Part shown: piece after piece, positions 31,122 to 41,608 of the stretch
Layout: each line of letters begins with the position of its first letter
Position numbering within the stretch: position 1 is the first letter of the stretch
Assembly: GCA_027317865.1 (NCBI GenBank)
Contig: DAHVQG010000010.1
Location: 32,001-96,000, forward strand
Direction: 5' to 3'
DNA from: Bdellovibrionales bacterium
GTDB taxonomy: Bacteria; Bdellovibrionota; Bdellovibrionia; Bdellovibrionales; UBA1609
DNA length: 64,000 bases
Program-made: the position numbers and the translations under genes
The notes under the pieces: generated by a model
What the model saw: the letters and a program-made list of their open reading frames with translations, nothing else
Databases searched by the model: none
What the model was told of the DNA's origin: nothing

Positions 31122-32280
31122 AATCGACGACAATAGCAGCGAACTTGGTTTTGATACGCGCGCCATTCACGCCGGGCAAAAACCAGATCCCACGACAGGT
31201 GCGATTATGACGCCTGTTTATCTCACGAGCACTTATGTGCAAGAATCGCCCGGGCAACATAAGGGATATGAATATAGCCGCACTAAAAATCCGACGCGCG
31301 CAACTTACGAGCGCTGTTTAGCGAATCTTGAAGCTGGCGAGTTTGGTTTTGCTTTTGCCTCAGGGTGTGCGGCAACAACCACGGTTCTACATTTGCTCAA
31401 AGCTGGGGATCACGTAATCGCCGGCGACGACCTTTATGGCGGAACAGTTCGACTTTTTGATCGCGTGTTCACGCAAATGGGCATCGAGATTACTTATGTC
31501 GATCTTTTGCGGCCAGAAAATTTCGATAAGCAAAAAAAGCCCAACACAAAACTGGTTTGGATTGAAACTCCGACCAATCCACTCCTTAAGATAATTGACA
31601 TAAAGGCGGTTTCAGAAAGGGCCCATGCGGCGGGAGTCATGGTTGCGGTCGATAATACATTTATGAGCCCGTATTTTCAGCGGCCACTTACGCTTGGTGC
31701 AGATCTTGTTGTACACTCGACCACCAAATACATTGGTGGCCATAGTGACGTCGTGGGCGGAGCTGTTGTGACGTCAAATGCGGCGTTAGCTGAAAAACTT
31801 GCGTTTTTGAGCAATTCAATGGGCGCGATAGAATCACCTTTTGACTCATTTATGTGCCTACGAAGCCTCAAAACGCTAGGCGTGCGGATGCGTGCGCACG
31901 AACAAAATGCAAAGGTAATAGCCGAGCATTTATCCAAGCATCCAAAAGTAAAAAAGGTGATTTATCCGGGACTTTCGAGCCATCCGCAACACGAACTGGC
32001 AAAGCGCCAGATGAACGGATTCGGCGGCATGATGACTATTTATTTGAATGGCGATTTGTCGGCCACAAAGCGGTTTGTAGAAAGGCTCAAAATATTTTCG
32101 CTAGCTGAGAGTTTGGGTGGCGTTGAGTCACTAGTGGATCATCCGGCAATCATGACTCATGCAAGCGTTCCTGTTGAACGGCGCAAGCAACTGGGTATTG
32201 ACGATTCACTCGTCAGGCTTAGTGTTGGTATTGAAAATGTTGAAGACCTCATTTCTGATTTAAATAATGCATTGAGTTAG
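31099..32280 (+). CDS. metB: Cystathionine gamma-synthase/lyase (PLP)
   Basis: YEYSRTKNPTR, ETPTNP, DNTF, HSTTKYIGGHSD and AESLGGVESL. Confidence 0.93.
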   Translation: MTVQHNNKIDDNSSELGFDTRAIHAGQKPDPTTGAIMTPVYLTSTYVQESPGQHKGYEYSRTKNPTRATYERCLANLEAGEFGFAFASGCAATTTVLHLLKAGDHVIAGDDLYGGTVRLFDRVFTQMGIEITYVDLLRPENFDKQKKPNTKLVWIETPTNPLLKIIDIKAVSERAHAAGVMVAVDNTFMSPYFQRPLTLGADLVVHSTTKYIGGHSDVVGGAVVTSNAALAEKLAFLSNSMGAIESPFDSFMCLRSLKTLGVRMRAHEQNAKVIAEHLSKHPKVKKVIYPGLSSHPQHELAKRQMNGFGGMMTIYLNGDLSATKRFVERLKIFSLAESLGGVESLVDHPAIMTHASVPVERRKQLGIDDSLVRLSVGIENVEDLISDLNNALS

Positions 32281-32404
32281 TTAATGGTTGTCGACCTACC
32301 TTCATGCGGTCGCGAATTGACTCTTTTTAGAGCCGCCAGTACCAATAATGCTTTTAATTGTTAGCTGCTTTGGCCGGTTTCGCCGGTGAACAAGCGGTTC
32401 AAGT

Positions 32405-32480
<76 letters not shown>

Positions 32481-32516
32481 TTGATGGCGCACAACAAATT
32501 ATTTATAGATATCCGG

Positions 32517-33566
32517 ATGGATTTAATAGAAGAGCTTAGAAAAAATCCGTTCGTTCTGGCGCCGATGGCCGCGATCACGGACTGTGCGTTTCGTTCATTT
32601 ATGCGCGAAATGGGCGCGGGGATAGTTACAACAGAACTGGTATCGGCCACCGGCCTTCGACACTCAAGTGAAAAAACAAGACGCATTATGCAGTTTACTC
32701 CAGATCAACATCCCGTAGGAGTGCAATTGTTTGGCGACAACCTTGACGATTTGCAATTGGCGGCAAAAGACGTGGAACAAATGGGGGCCAATTTTGTGGA
32801 CCTCAATTTTGGTTGTCCTGTTCAGAAAGTCGTAAAAAAAGGCGCGGGGTCGGCGGCCTTAAAAGATCTTGTACATTTTCGTGATATTTTGCGGGCCGTG
32901 AAATCGGCGACCCAGTTGCCAGTGACGATCAAAGTGCGAACGGGCTGGGATTACTCCTCAAGAAATACCGATCAAGTGGCGCAAATTGCTTACGATGAAG
33001 GCATCACTTGGGTCGCAATTCATGGCCGGACTCGTGCTCAAGCCTATGAAGGCGAAGCCGATTGGAATTATATTGCTGAAGTAAAATCTAATGCGCCACT
33101 ACCGATTATTGGTAACGGAGATGTGACCAGCGCACAGAAGGCCTGCACTCGGCTTAAAGAATCCGGCTGTGACGCCGTGATGATTGGACGCGGATGTTTA
33201 AAAAATCCGTGGATATTTCAAGAAGCGCAGGCACTCTGGTCGCAGCAGGAAGCTAGCGGTCGACCTGGCGCTCCCGTTGGCGGGGATGGGCGAAGTATTC
33301 AGCGCGACTTCGTGTGGATGATCGAGCGGCTGCGATTTCATCTTGAGAGTTTTTGGGATGAGCGAATGATCGCGCTACAAGCAAAGAAATTTGCAGCGTG
33401 GTTTTCGACCGGTTATCCTGGCGCCGCGCAGTTTCGTAAAGGTGTTTTTCAAATCAAGACCAAGGTTGAAGTCTTCGAATACATTCTAAACTATTTGGAT
33501 TCAATTCGTGAGCATGCTCAAATAGACACAAGTCATGAGCGATTTCTCATGGGCGGCCACGGTTAA
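32517..33566 (+). CDS. dusB: tRNA-dihydrouridine synthase
   Basis: LAPMA, DLNFGCP, HGRT, IGNGDV and VMIGRG; start moved downstream of the tRNA. Confidence 0.92.
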   Translation: MDLIEELRKNPFVLAPMAAITDCAFRSFMREMGAGIVTTELVSATGLRHSSEKTRRIMQFTPDQHPVGVQLFGDNLDDLQLAAKDVEQMGANFVDLNFGCPVQKVVKKGAGSAALKDLVHFRDILRAVKSATQLPVTIKVRTGWDYSSRNTDQVAQIAYDEGITWVAIHGRTRAQAYEGEADWNYIAEVKSNAPLPIIGNGDVTSAQKACTRLKESGCDAVMIGRGCLKNPWIFQEAQALWSQQEASGRPGAPVGGDGRSIQRDFVWMIERLRFHLESFWDERMIALQAKKFAAWFSTGYPGAAQFRKGVFQIKTKVEVFEYILNYLDSIREHAQIDTSHERFLMGGHG

Positions 33567-33599
33567 GTCTTTTTGCGCGCAAAAAATACGGTAAATAAA

Positions 33600-34514
33600 A
33601 TGGAATTTGTCATAGAAGCCAACGATCTTGTTAAAACATACGGTGATCATCGTGCGGTTGATGGCATTTCATTTCAAGTTCGCGAAGGGGAGTGTTTCGG
33701 GCTTCTTGGGCCAAATGGAGCCGGCAAAACAACAACTTTTAAAATGTTCTACGGCAGCTGTCGCGCTACTTCAGGCGAGCTTCATGTGCTCGGAATGAGC
33801 GCCCGCGATCGCATGCGGGATATCAAAGCGGCAATCGGTGTTGTCCCTCAAGAAAACGGGCTCGACAATGACTTCAGCGCGCTTGAAAATCTTCTTATTT
33901 ATGCAAGTTATTTTGGGATGACCCGCGAGGTTGCAAAAAGTCGAGCGATTGACCTTCTCACGATGATGCAACTTGAAGATTATTCTAAGAAAGAAATCGA
34001 AACTCTTAGCGGCGGCATGAAACGCCGGCTCGTGCTGGCGCGCGCGCTTTTGACCCGCCCGAAGGTTTTATTTCTCGATGAGCCGACAACGGGACTTGAT
34101 CCCCAGGCGCGTGCTTGGCTGTGGAGCGAACTTCGAGATCTCCAAAAGCAAGGTGTTACTTTATTTTTGACAACACATTATATGGAAGAGGCCGAAGAGC
34201 TTTGCAACCGGCTCCTCATTATGAATAAAGGCAAGTCAGTTGCCGAAGGGGCCCCGATGGATTTGATTCAAACTCATGTTGGCCGCGAAGTGGTTGAATT
34301 TGATATCGAGCCAGCTGAGATGGATCGCACAGTTGCGCGGATAAAAAGTAAATTTGATTTTCAACTGATGCGAAATCGGCTGAAATTATTTTTGCGCGAG
34401 AATCAAACCTTAAGCGACGCCATGGCCGAAGTGTCGAACCGGAATCTGACCCTTAGAAAAGCGTCGCTTAACGATGTATTTTTAAAAATTTCAGGAACCG
34501 ATCTCAATGAATAA
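33600..34514 (+). CDS. ABC-2 exporter ATP-binding subunit (NodI-like)
   Basis: GPNGAGKTT, LSGGMKRR, DEPTTGLD and TTHYMEEA. Confidence 0.92.
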   Translation: MEFVIEANDLVKTYGDHRAVDGISFQVREGECFGLLGPNGAGKTTTFKMFYGSCRATSGELHVLGMSARDRMRDIKAAIGVVPQENGLDNDFSALENLLIYASYFGMTREVAKSRAIDLLTMMQLEDYSKKEIETLSGGMKRRLVLARALLTRPKVLFLDEPTTGLDPQARAWLWSELRDLQKQGVTLFLTTHYMEEAEELCNRLLIMNKGKSVAEGAPMDLIQTHVGREVVEFDIEPAEMDRTVARIKSKFDFQLMRNRLKLFLRENQTLSDAMAEVSNRNLTLRKASLNDVFLKISGTDLNE

Positions 34515-35313
34515 GCTCGCAACACAAACGCTGAAAGACTTGTTTCATCTGCCGCACGTCGGTCGCGGAATCATTTGTGTTTGGCGTCGGAATTTTTTGT
34601 ATTTTCGCTATACGCTGATCACTACATTAGCGTGGATTTTTATCGAACCCCTCCTTTATGTTTTTGCGTTTGGTTACGGACTGGGCCACTTTGTCTCAAA
34701 AATCAACGGCACAAGTTATGTGGAATTTATTGCGCCTGCAATGATGGCCACATCGGGGATGTTTGTCGCCTTTTTTGAAGGCACTTACGGTACTTATACA
34801 AAGCTCACAAGACAAAATACGCTTGCAACAATTATTCTAACACCGGTGAGCCCTGACGAAGTGACACTTGCCGAAATACTTTGGTGCACATCAAAGGCGT
34901 TTTTAAGCGTTGTTTCAGTGGCGATTGTCTTGTTGCTAATGAAGTTATTGCCGGTGCGGCCGCTTTTTCCAATGCTCGCCGTTTTATTTTTGAATTGTTG
35001 GGTTTTTGCGGCATTGGGCGTGTGGCTGGCGAGTCTCGCGCGCTCTTATGAGTGGTTTACCTATGCACAGTCGGGATTTATTTTGCCCATGTCGCTATTT
35101 TGTGGGACGTTTTTTCCGCTTTCGCAATTGCCCCCGACGATTCACCGTTTCGCCATGTTTTTGCCGCTCACTCACGCTATGCAGAGTGTGCGCATGTTTG
35201 CGGCCGGCGAGTTTCACGCGCAATTTGCGATAAACATGTTGTACTTAATTTTTCTGGGAGTTGTTTTCACCAACTTGGCTGCCGCTCGTTTTGACCGTCG
35301 ACTGGTCGTTTGA
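34507..35313 (+). CDS. ABC-2 exporter permease (NodJ-like)
   Basis: EPLLY, GTFFPL and LPLTH; six TMs. Confidence 0.88.
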   Translation: MNKLATQTLKDLFHLPHVGRGIICVWRRNFLYFRYTLITTLAWIFIEPLLYVFAFGYGLGHFVSKINGTSYVEFIAPAMMATSGMFVAFFEGTYGTYTKLTRQNTLATIILTPVSPDEVTLAEILWCTSKAFLSVVSVAIVLLLMKLLPVRPLFPMLAVLFLNCWVFAALGVWLASLARSYEWFTYAQSGFILPMSLFCGTFFPLSQLPPTIHRFAMFLPLTHAMQSVRMFAAGEFHAQFAINMLYLIFLGVVFTNLAAARFDRRLVV

Positions 35314-36081
35314 AGCCGACGCGTTGATCATGGGCGGTAAGTTATTCCAGGGGAACAAATCGACTTCAAGTCTTGCAAGCTCATATTGATCTGTCGAAAT
35401 TTTTCCCATTCTAAACATTAAATAGCAAAGATCCAAAATCTTAAATTTCGCATACGGCGTGAGCTTTTTCAGCCGAAAGGTATTTGAAAAACCACGCGGA
35501 TCGGGAATTAAATAGGTCAAATAAGCGGATTGAAGAAGATCTAAATCGGCCGGAGTCGTGTTGAAGTAATATTTTGCGGCCGCCTTTATACCGTAAATTC
35601 CCGCACCAAATTCAATAACGTTTAAGTATTTTTCTAAAATTTGATTCTTCTTCAAGAGGGCATTAATTTGAATGGTCAAGATTGCTTCACGTATTTTTCG
35701 AATAATGGTTCGATTTTGGTTTAAAAAAACATTTTTTGCGAGCTGCTGCGTAATTGTAGAACCACCCCGGATGATGCGGTCGGCGGCCATATCCTCATCA
35801 AAGCTTTTGTGAATTTCTGACCAATCAAAGCCGTCGTTTTGATAAAATGTGGAATCTTCAGAAGCGATGACGACCGATCGCATAATGGGGCTGATTTGAT
35901 TTAGCGGCACATAGTTTGGATTTTTATTGCACAACCAAACCTTAAAAATAGATGTTCGCATGCAACCCTTTATCGGGGCCGCACTCGGAGTCGTCACAAT
36001 AACCCAGACGGCGAACGCAACAAGAAGAGTTAAAAGCAACGTAAATATTTTCAATTCAACAATCCTTGATTGCGCATCCAC
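35245..36081 (-). CDS. mtgA: Monofunctional peptidoglycan transglycosylase (GT51)
   Basis: SEDSTF, GGSTITQQLAKN, RKIRE and YLNVIEFG. Confidence 0.9.
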   Translation of the reverse strand: MDAQSRIVELKIFTLLLTLLVAFAVWVIVTTPSAAPIKGCMRTSIFKVWLCNKNPNYVPLNQISPIMRSVVIASEDSTFYQNDGFDWSEIHKSFDEDMAADRIIRGGSTITQQLAKNVFLNQNRTIIRKIREAILTIQINALLKKNQILEKYLNVIEFGAGIYGIKAAAKYYFNTTPADLDLLQSAYLTYLIPDPRGFSNTFRLKKLTPYAKFKILDLCYLMFRMGKISTDQYELARLEVDLFPWNNLPPMINASASNDQSTVKTSGSQVGENNSQKN

Positions 36082-37040
36082 TTGACGCTTTCGTTGATCG
36101 CCTCGCGTGCGGGTCGAGGGTGAAAATTCAGCTCTTTTGTCGCCTTTGCGTGATCAAACCAATGATAAAGTATCGAGGCGCGCGCCGACTCGGAGCTGAC
36201 CAAACCTTTTCTGCCAATTGATTCGAATACTTCGCTTAAGTTGGCAAGTAGTAAAACGGCTAAATTGGGAAGATACATGCCCGGAGGTTTAACCCCGGCT
36301 GCTTCTGCAATCATCTGAAAAAGTTTTTTTATTGCGATATTTTCACCGGAAAGTATGTAGCGCTCGCCGTTTTTGCCGACTTCGCTTGCGCGAATTGTCG
36401 CCGCCACAACGTCTTCTATGTGAACAATGCTTACTCCTCCAGACGTATAAAACGGGAACTTACCCCGCGCGACTTCAAGTTGGGTTGACCGGCTACCTTT
36501 CTGCGCGTCACCGGGCCCATAGATATTTGATGGATTAAGTATGACGGCGTCAATCTCGCCGCTTCGACAGGCGGCAATCACTAAATTTTCTGCCCGACGT
36601 TTCGTTTCAAAATAACCCAAATTGAGGTCGGCTAAATTATACGGCGAATTTTCATTTAACGGCTCGTGTCCGTTAAAACTTGCTCCCACAGTTGCCACTG
36701 AACTAAAGTGCACAAGCCTGCGACAGCCACTTACTTTACATGCCGAGATGACATTTGCCGTACCGTTAACGTTAACTTGCTCTAACTTCGCCCGGTCGCT
36801 CTTTTTGTAGCCGATAAAACCGGCAAGATGAAAGACGATTTCAATTCCTTTTAGCGCCGATTTTAATGTTGAAGGCTCAAGAATGTCGCCGATCACAAAA
36901 TCGCCAGCGGGAGCGTCATGATTCAATCCCGCCGGGCGCAATTCTCGAACCAGCGCGCGGACTTCGAAACCCCGTTTGATTAAATCACGGCAGAGCCATT
37001 GCCCGACAAAGCCGCTTGCGCCGGTCACCAAAACTTTCAT
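36051..37040 (-). CDS. NAD-dependent epimerase/dehydratase (dihydroflavonol reductase-like SDR)
   Basis: TGASGFVG, HLAG and YFETK. Confidence 0.9.
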   Translation of the reverse strand: MKVLVTGASGFVGQWLCRDLIKRGFEVRALVRELRPAGLNHDAPAGDFVIGDILEPSTLKSALKGIEIVFHLAGFIGYKKSDRAKLEQVNVNGTANVISACKVSGCRRLVHFSSVATVGASFNGHEPLNENSPYNLADLNLGYFETKRRAENLVIAACRSGEIDAVILNPSNIYGPGDAQKGSRSTQLEVARGKFPFYTSGGVSIVHIEDVVAATIRASEVGKNGERYILSGENIAIKKLFQMIAEAAGVKPPGMYLPNLAVLLLANLSEVFESIGRKGLVSSESARASILYHWFDHAKATKELNFHPRPAREAINESVKWMRNQGLLN

Positions 37041-37044
37041 TGCG

Positions 37045-37683
37045 CTATTTTACACGAATGATTTTAACGGTTTTAATGTAAACCGGCTTTAGCGGCTTTA
37101 ATGTCAGCATGTTAATCGGGACCTCGCTGATTTTTCGCACAACATTTAAACCCGAGACGACCCGGCCGAAAATAGGATACTGGTTGTCATAGTAGGAGGC
37201 CGGTCGAAGCGTAATAATAAACTGGCTTGCTTCAGTACCGGGCTTACCCCGCACCATTGATAAAAGTCCGGCTCGATCATGGTGCAAATCGTGGTCAAAT
37301 TCATCGGGGATAGTATATCCCGGGCCGCCATCGCCATTGTTTAGGGGATCACCCGTTTGAACGAGAAAATCTCTTCGAACGTTAAAAAATTTCAGTCCGT
37401 TGTAAAAAGGGCGTGTGACGTGAGATTTTGTTTTGGGGTCGATCCACTTTTTTGTTCCATCAGCGAGGCGGACAAAATTTTTGACGGTTTTGGGCATGCG
37501 GGCAAAATAAAGTTTTACTTTAAACGAACCCATCGTTGTATTGAATATCGCATATCTCGGGAAGCCATTAAATTTACCTGGATTTTTATTGGCCGCGTGA
37601 CCGCGAAGAGAAAAGACCAAAAAAGCCAGTGAGTAGATCAATACGACAAGGCCCAATCGTTTGATGCGTGGATTTAAATTCAT
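37045..37683 (-). CDS. Exported cyclophilin-type PPIase with a degenerate active site
   Basis: PKTVKNF, QTGDP..GGPGY, SQFIIT and IFGRV; signal peptide. Confidence 0.85.
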   Translation of the reverse strand: MNLNPRIKRLGLVVLIYSLAFLVFSLRGHAANKNPGKFNGFPRYAIFNTTMGSFKVKLYFARMPKTVKNFVRLADGTKKWIDPKTKSHVTRPFYNGLKFFNVRRDFLVQTGDPLNNGDGGPGYTIPDEFDHDLHHDRAGLLSMVRGKPGTEASQFIITLRPASYYDNQYPIFGRVVSGLNVVRKISEVPINMLTLKPLKPVYIKTVKIIRVK

Positions 37684-37719
37684 TTGCACCCCCAAAATCT
37701 GTCCAATCAAAAAACGCTA

Positions 37720-40212
37720 TTAAGACCTTCGTCTGGGGTCAACTTCTTTTAAAATCTCGTCGCTTTCGGTCAATAGAAGACAGATGGATTTAAAGTAATC
37801 AGATGGGCTTTCATTGCTTAGACGGGCTGCGCGTTCGACGATTTCACTGTCTGCAGCAAGTTCGGTGGTCGAATATTCGGCCACAAGTTGAATCAATTGC
37901 TCCGTTTCGCGGAGTTTTTCATAGATTTGACAAATTCGAAGATGCCGCGGGTCACTTGAGGGCAGAAACGCGCCAACGGTTTGCCCGTCCCACTCTGCAT
38001 TTTGATTCTGCATAACTAAAATTTGTCCACAAAATTCAATGTCAATAAGGCCGCCCGGGCAGTACTTAAGATCAAGCCAACCAGGACGGGACGGTTTTAC
38101 TAATGCTTGTCGAATGCGCGCCAACTCATGAATATCGCACTTCTGGAGTGGATGACTTAAGCAAACTTTTTTAATTTCATTTATGAAAGCCCGCGAGGCA
38201 ATGGCGCTTTTTGCATTGACCGCACGGGCCCGTAAATACGATTGACGCTCCCAGGGGGCGGCTTGCGATTTTAAATAGGTCAAAAGAGAATTTGCTTCGA
38301 CAATTATTGGTCCCGCGTTACCGGATGGGCGCAGGCGCAGGTCGACGTTATAAATGGCGCCGCCGCGATGTTGCTCTGTTAATCTTGATATGAAACGGCG
38401 TGCGGCCCGATGGTGTGACGGTTGAATTTCGGACCCGGTCACAAAAACAAAATCAAGATCGGATCGTAACCCAAGCTCACGTCCACCCCATTTGCCGAGC
38501 GCGAGTATCGATATATCGTCGACTTGCGCGGTTTTAAACGTTTGGTTGAAAATGTTTTGCGCTATGCCGTCGGCCGTTGCCGTTAGCGATGCGGTCATCG
38601 TATTGACATTTCGACTACGAAGAAACTGGCTTGCTGATACAATTTCAGACAAAAGACGTTCTTCGGCGAGATCCTCAAGTTGCACTTCAAAGCTTTGAGC
38701 ACCGTTATTTTTTGTCGAGTTTGCGGTTTGTCGATATAAAAATCCGTCTAGCAGTTCGGGCCGCGAAGCGATGACGCCGCCTAAATACCGGGAACATCCA
38801 AAGAGTCGGCTCAACTCAATAAGAATCTTATTTTCGTGAGCTAGGAGCGATAAGAGGCTTGAGCGGGCGCGAATCGCTTGCACAAAATCAAGCACCATTG
38901 CCAGCGCAAGATCTTTATCAAGAGCATTTATGGCACACGCTTCAACCAATTCGCGCAGGACCTTTTGTCTAAGCTCAGAGTCCTTAAACGTTTTAGCTGT
39001 CGACTCCAAAACACGAATAAGATTTGGCCATAAATCCGTAATTGTTCGAATAGAAAATCCAAGCTTGCTGAGCCACTCGGCCTGTTCTTCGATTGACTCA
39101 GGCAAAGCTTTGATTTTAGCCGGCTGGCCCAAAACTGTTGCGACAATTTCGTTTACTTGGGCGGAGCGGGTTGCAAATTCGGCGTATTCGTTAGGGTTTT
39201 GCGTCTCGAAAATCTCGTGAGTTTGCCGATCATCAATCGCCTGGAGTTGATTTTCAAATTCACGAAATAGCCAATATGATTCAATTAAAAAACTAATGTC
39301 GTTTGAAGAAAAATGCCCGCCGGCAAGAAGATTTTGCGCTGCCTGATCGGTCGAGGTCGTGCGAACGTTGCGGTCGCGGCCACCGTGAATGATTTGAAGC
39401 GCATGCAAGAAAAGTTCAATGTCCCGAATTCCGCCAGGCGCTAACTTTAAATTGACCGAACGCGAGTTGGAGATTTCCTTTTCGGCGTTGTGAAAATGAA
39501 TTTGTGATCTTAAAAGTTTGAGATCTTCGAGAAGCCCGTAGTCGAGATAGCGGCGATAACAAAAATGACTGGCGACATCATAAACGGCGTTAACCAAATC
39601 TTCAGGGCCGGCTACGGCGCGAAGTCGCACAAGAGCTAAACGCTCCCACGTTGCCCCGAGAGACCAATAATAATCTTCAAATTGTTTAACTGAAGAGATG
39701 ATGGGTGCAAATCGGCCGCCCGGCTTTAAATCTGTGTCTACGCGGTACGCAAACGCCCATTGCGTCGGCTGCGAAAGAAGCTGGATAAACTCGCGGACAA
39801 GCTTGAACTGTTCGCTTGTCGGCGTTTGGCGTGCGATAAATATCACGTCGATGTCGGAGCTTAAATTGAGTTCGCGAGCTCCCCACTTACCCAAGGCGAA
39901 AAACGCGAGGTCATGACCGGACATATTCAGTTCATTCCAATATCGTGCAAGAATTTGATCGGTCGCCTGTGACCATTGCGCGCAAATTGTTTTTGCGGGC
40001 GAATTTTTGAGAAGTGTCGCAATCGCTGCCTCACACCACGCCTGATGACGGTCAAAGCGTAAGCGATCGCTTGTAGAAGCCGGCAATTTATCGAGAAGCT
40101 TCAAATGGTGATCAAATGCCGGCGATAATCGCGCAATTTTTGCGATATCGCCCGGCGGATAAGATCGCAAATCGGGAACGTTTACGGCCCCCATTTGGGT
40201 TGGTAGTACCAC
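37720..40212 (-). CDS. glnE: Glutamine synthetase adenylyltransferase GlnE; start uncertain
   Basis: Two NTase domains (LGKWGARELNLSSDID; LGKWGGRELGLRSDLD), NLKLAPGGIRDIE and DLRLRPSG. Confidence 0.9.
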   Translation of the reverse strand: MVLPTQMGAVNVPDLRSYPPGDIAKIARLSPAFDHHLKLLDKLPASTSDRLRFDRHQAWCEAAIATLLKNSPAKTICAQWSQATDQILARYWNELNMSGHDLAFFALGKWGARELNLSSDIDVIFIARQTPTSEQFKLVREFIQLLSQPTQWAFAYRVDTDLKPGGRFAPIISSVKQFEDYYWSLGATWERLALVRLRAVAGPEDLVNAVYDVASHFCYRRYLDYGLLEDLKLLRSQIHFHNAEKEISNSRSVNLKLAPGGIRDIELFLHALQIIHGGRDRNVRTTSTDQAAQNLLAGGHFSSNDISFLIESYWLFREFENQLQAIDDRQTHEIFETQNPNEYAEFATRSAQVNEIVATVLGQPAKIKALPESIEEQAEWLSKLGFSIRTITDLWPNLIRVLESTAKTFKDSELRQKVLRELVEACAINALDKDLALAMVLDFVQAIRARSSLLSLLAHENKILIELSRLFGCSRYLGGVIASRPELLDGFLYRQTANSTKNNGAQSFEVQLEDLAEERLLSEIVSASQFLRSRNVNTMTASLTATADGIAQNIFNQTFKTAQVDDISILALGKWGGRELGLRSDLDFVFVTGSEIQPSHHRAARRFISRLTEQHRGGAIYNVDLRLRPSGNAGPIIVEANSLLTYLKSQAAPWERQSYLRARAVNAKSAIASRAFINEIKKVCLSHPLQKCDIHELARIRQALVKPSRPGWLDLKYCPGGLIDIEFCGQILVMQNQNAEWDGQTVGAFLPSSDPRHLRICQIYEKLRETEQLIQLVAEYSTTELAADSEIVERAARLSNESPSDYFKSICLLLTESDEILKEVDPRRRS

Positions 40213-41594
40213 AAATTATCGTGGGTGATTCGTCGTTCGTTGTCGCCATTTGTGTCGACAATATAGAGTTGATTATTTCCGCTGCGGTTGCTTACAAACA
40301 CAATTTGGCGGCCGTCCGGCGTAAAAATGGGGTCAATATTGTTCGCCCATCGGCCGTTCGGTTTATGGGCCGAAGTCAGACGTAAAACCTGACCCGTTCC
40401 GTCGGCATTCATGATAAAAATATCAAATGCTTGTTTATGTTTGTCATAGCTTGCAAACGCCAGCTTTTTGCCGTTTGGCGACCATGCGGGAGTGGCATTA
40501 TATTGCCCCAAGAAAGTGCGTCTTTTTACGTCCGTCCCGTAACTCGTCATTGTATAGATCATCGGTCGGCCGCTCCGGTCAGATGAAAAGGCAATTTCTT
40601 TGCCATTAGGCGAAATTGCCGGTTCGACGTTTAAAGACATTCCGGGGCCGTGGGTGAGCGCCACAAGTGTATGGCCATTTCGAGACATTTTATAAATATC
40701 CGAGGCGCGACCGTGAGTGAGCGAAACAAGCAAGTACCGGTTATCCGGAAAAAAATCCGCGCCCATGTTATTGCCGTTTCTCGACGAGACGATCCATGTG
40801 TGATGTGTTTTAGCGTCATACATGAGTAGATCAAGGTTTCGGCGAATCAAACCGCGAATTCGCCGTCTGATAAAGCAACTGTAGGCGATGTACCTTCCGT
40901 TCGGCGACCACGAAGGTGATACCGCGATTGAGTGAAAGAAACTGATTCGGTGCTTGTTATAGCCATCCCAGTCCATCGTGTAAATTTCGCGGTGAGTTTT
41001 CGGGCCATGATCGATTGCAACGACGAGATGGTGAAGAAAAAACGAGGGCTTTCCGGTAACGGCTTTAACAAAGTCGTTGGCAAAAGTGTGGGCGAGCCGG
41101 CGTAAGGCAAATTGGCTTGCGGTATAACGGCGGCCCAAAACCAAATTTCCTTTAGGCACATAATAGGCGTAAATATTCAGAATGACCTGGCCGCGAAGGA
41201 CTTGATATCCGCCTTTAATGAGAAATTCAGTCCCGATTGCCGACCATTTTTTAAAATCAAAGCCATTTTTCTCAACGCCCGAGGGGCGAAGCCCGGTTTT
41301 CATCGGATTTTCTAAAAATGCGCTAGGTTCAATTTGCCTAAAAAGCCCCGTCGTTAAGAGGTCGTTATCGATAACGGCGTAAAGTTCATCGCCTTCACGT
41401 TCTTGTTGCGCGGTAAATGCTGAGCCCAACCGTTTCAGGGCGGGGAACGCAAGCAAACTTTTTCGGACGTGGGCCTTACCCACGTCGATTAGGAATTTAT
41501 TTTGAGCAACGGCTATCGGCGCCGCAAGCACAATTGCGCAAACACCGAAAAACAGAATTGCCACTGTTATTGGATTTTTAATTTTTCTCACCAT
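40182..41594 (-). CDS. tolB: Tol-Pal periplasmic beta-propeller TolB
   Basis: TolB N-domain and PD40 repeats (PSWSPNG, FSSDRSG). Confidence 0.9.
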   Translation of the reverse strand: MVRKIKNPITVAILFFGVCAIVLAAPIAVAQNKFLIDVGKAHVRKSLLAFPALKRLGSAFTAQQEREGDELYAVIDNDLLTTGLFRQIEPSAFLENPMKTGLRPSGVEKNGFDFKKWSAIGTEFLIKGGYQVLRGQVILNIYAYYVPKGNLVLGRRYTASQFALRRLAHTFANDFVKAVTGKPSFFLHHLVVAIDHGPKTHREIYTMDWDGYNKHRISFFHSIAVSPSWSPNGRYIAYSCFIRRRIRGLIRRNLDLLMYDAKTHHTWIVSSRNGNNMGADFFPDNRYLLVSLTHGRASDIYKMSRNGHTLVALTHGPGMSLNVEPAISPNGKEIAFSSDRSGRPMIYTMTSYGTDVKRRTFLGQYNATPAWSPNGKKLAFASYDKHKQAFDIFIMNADGTGQVLRLTSAHKPNGRWANNIDPIFTPDGRQIVFVSNRSGNNQLYIVDTNGDNERRITHDNLWYYQPKWGP

Positions 41595-41608
41595 ACGCCT
41601 CCTGCATC

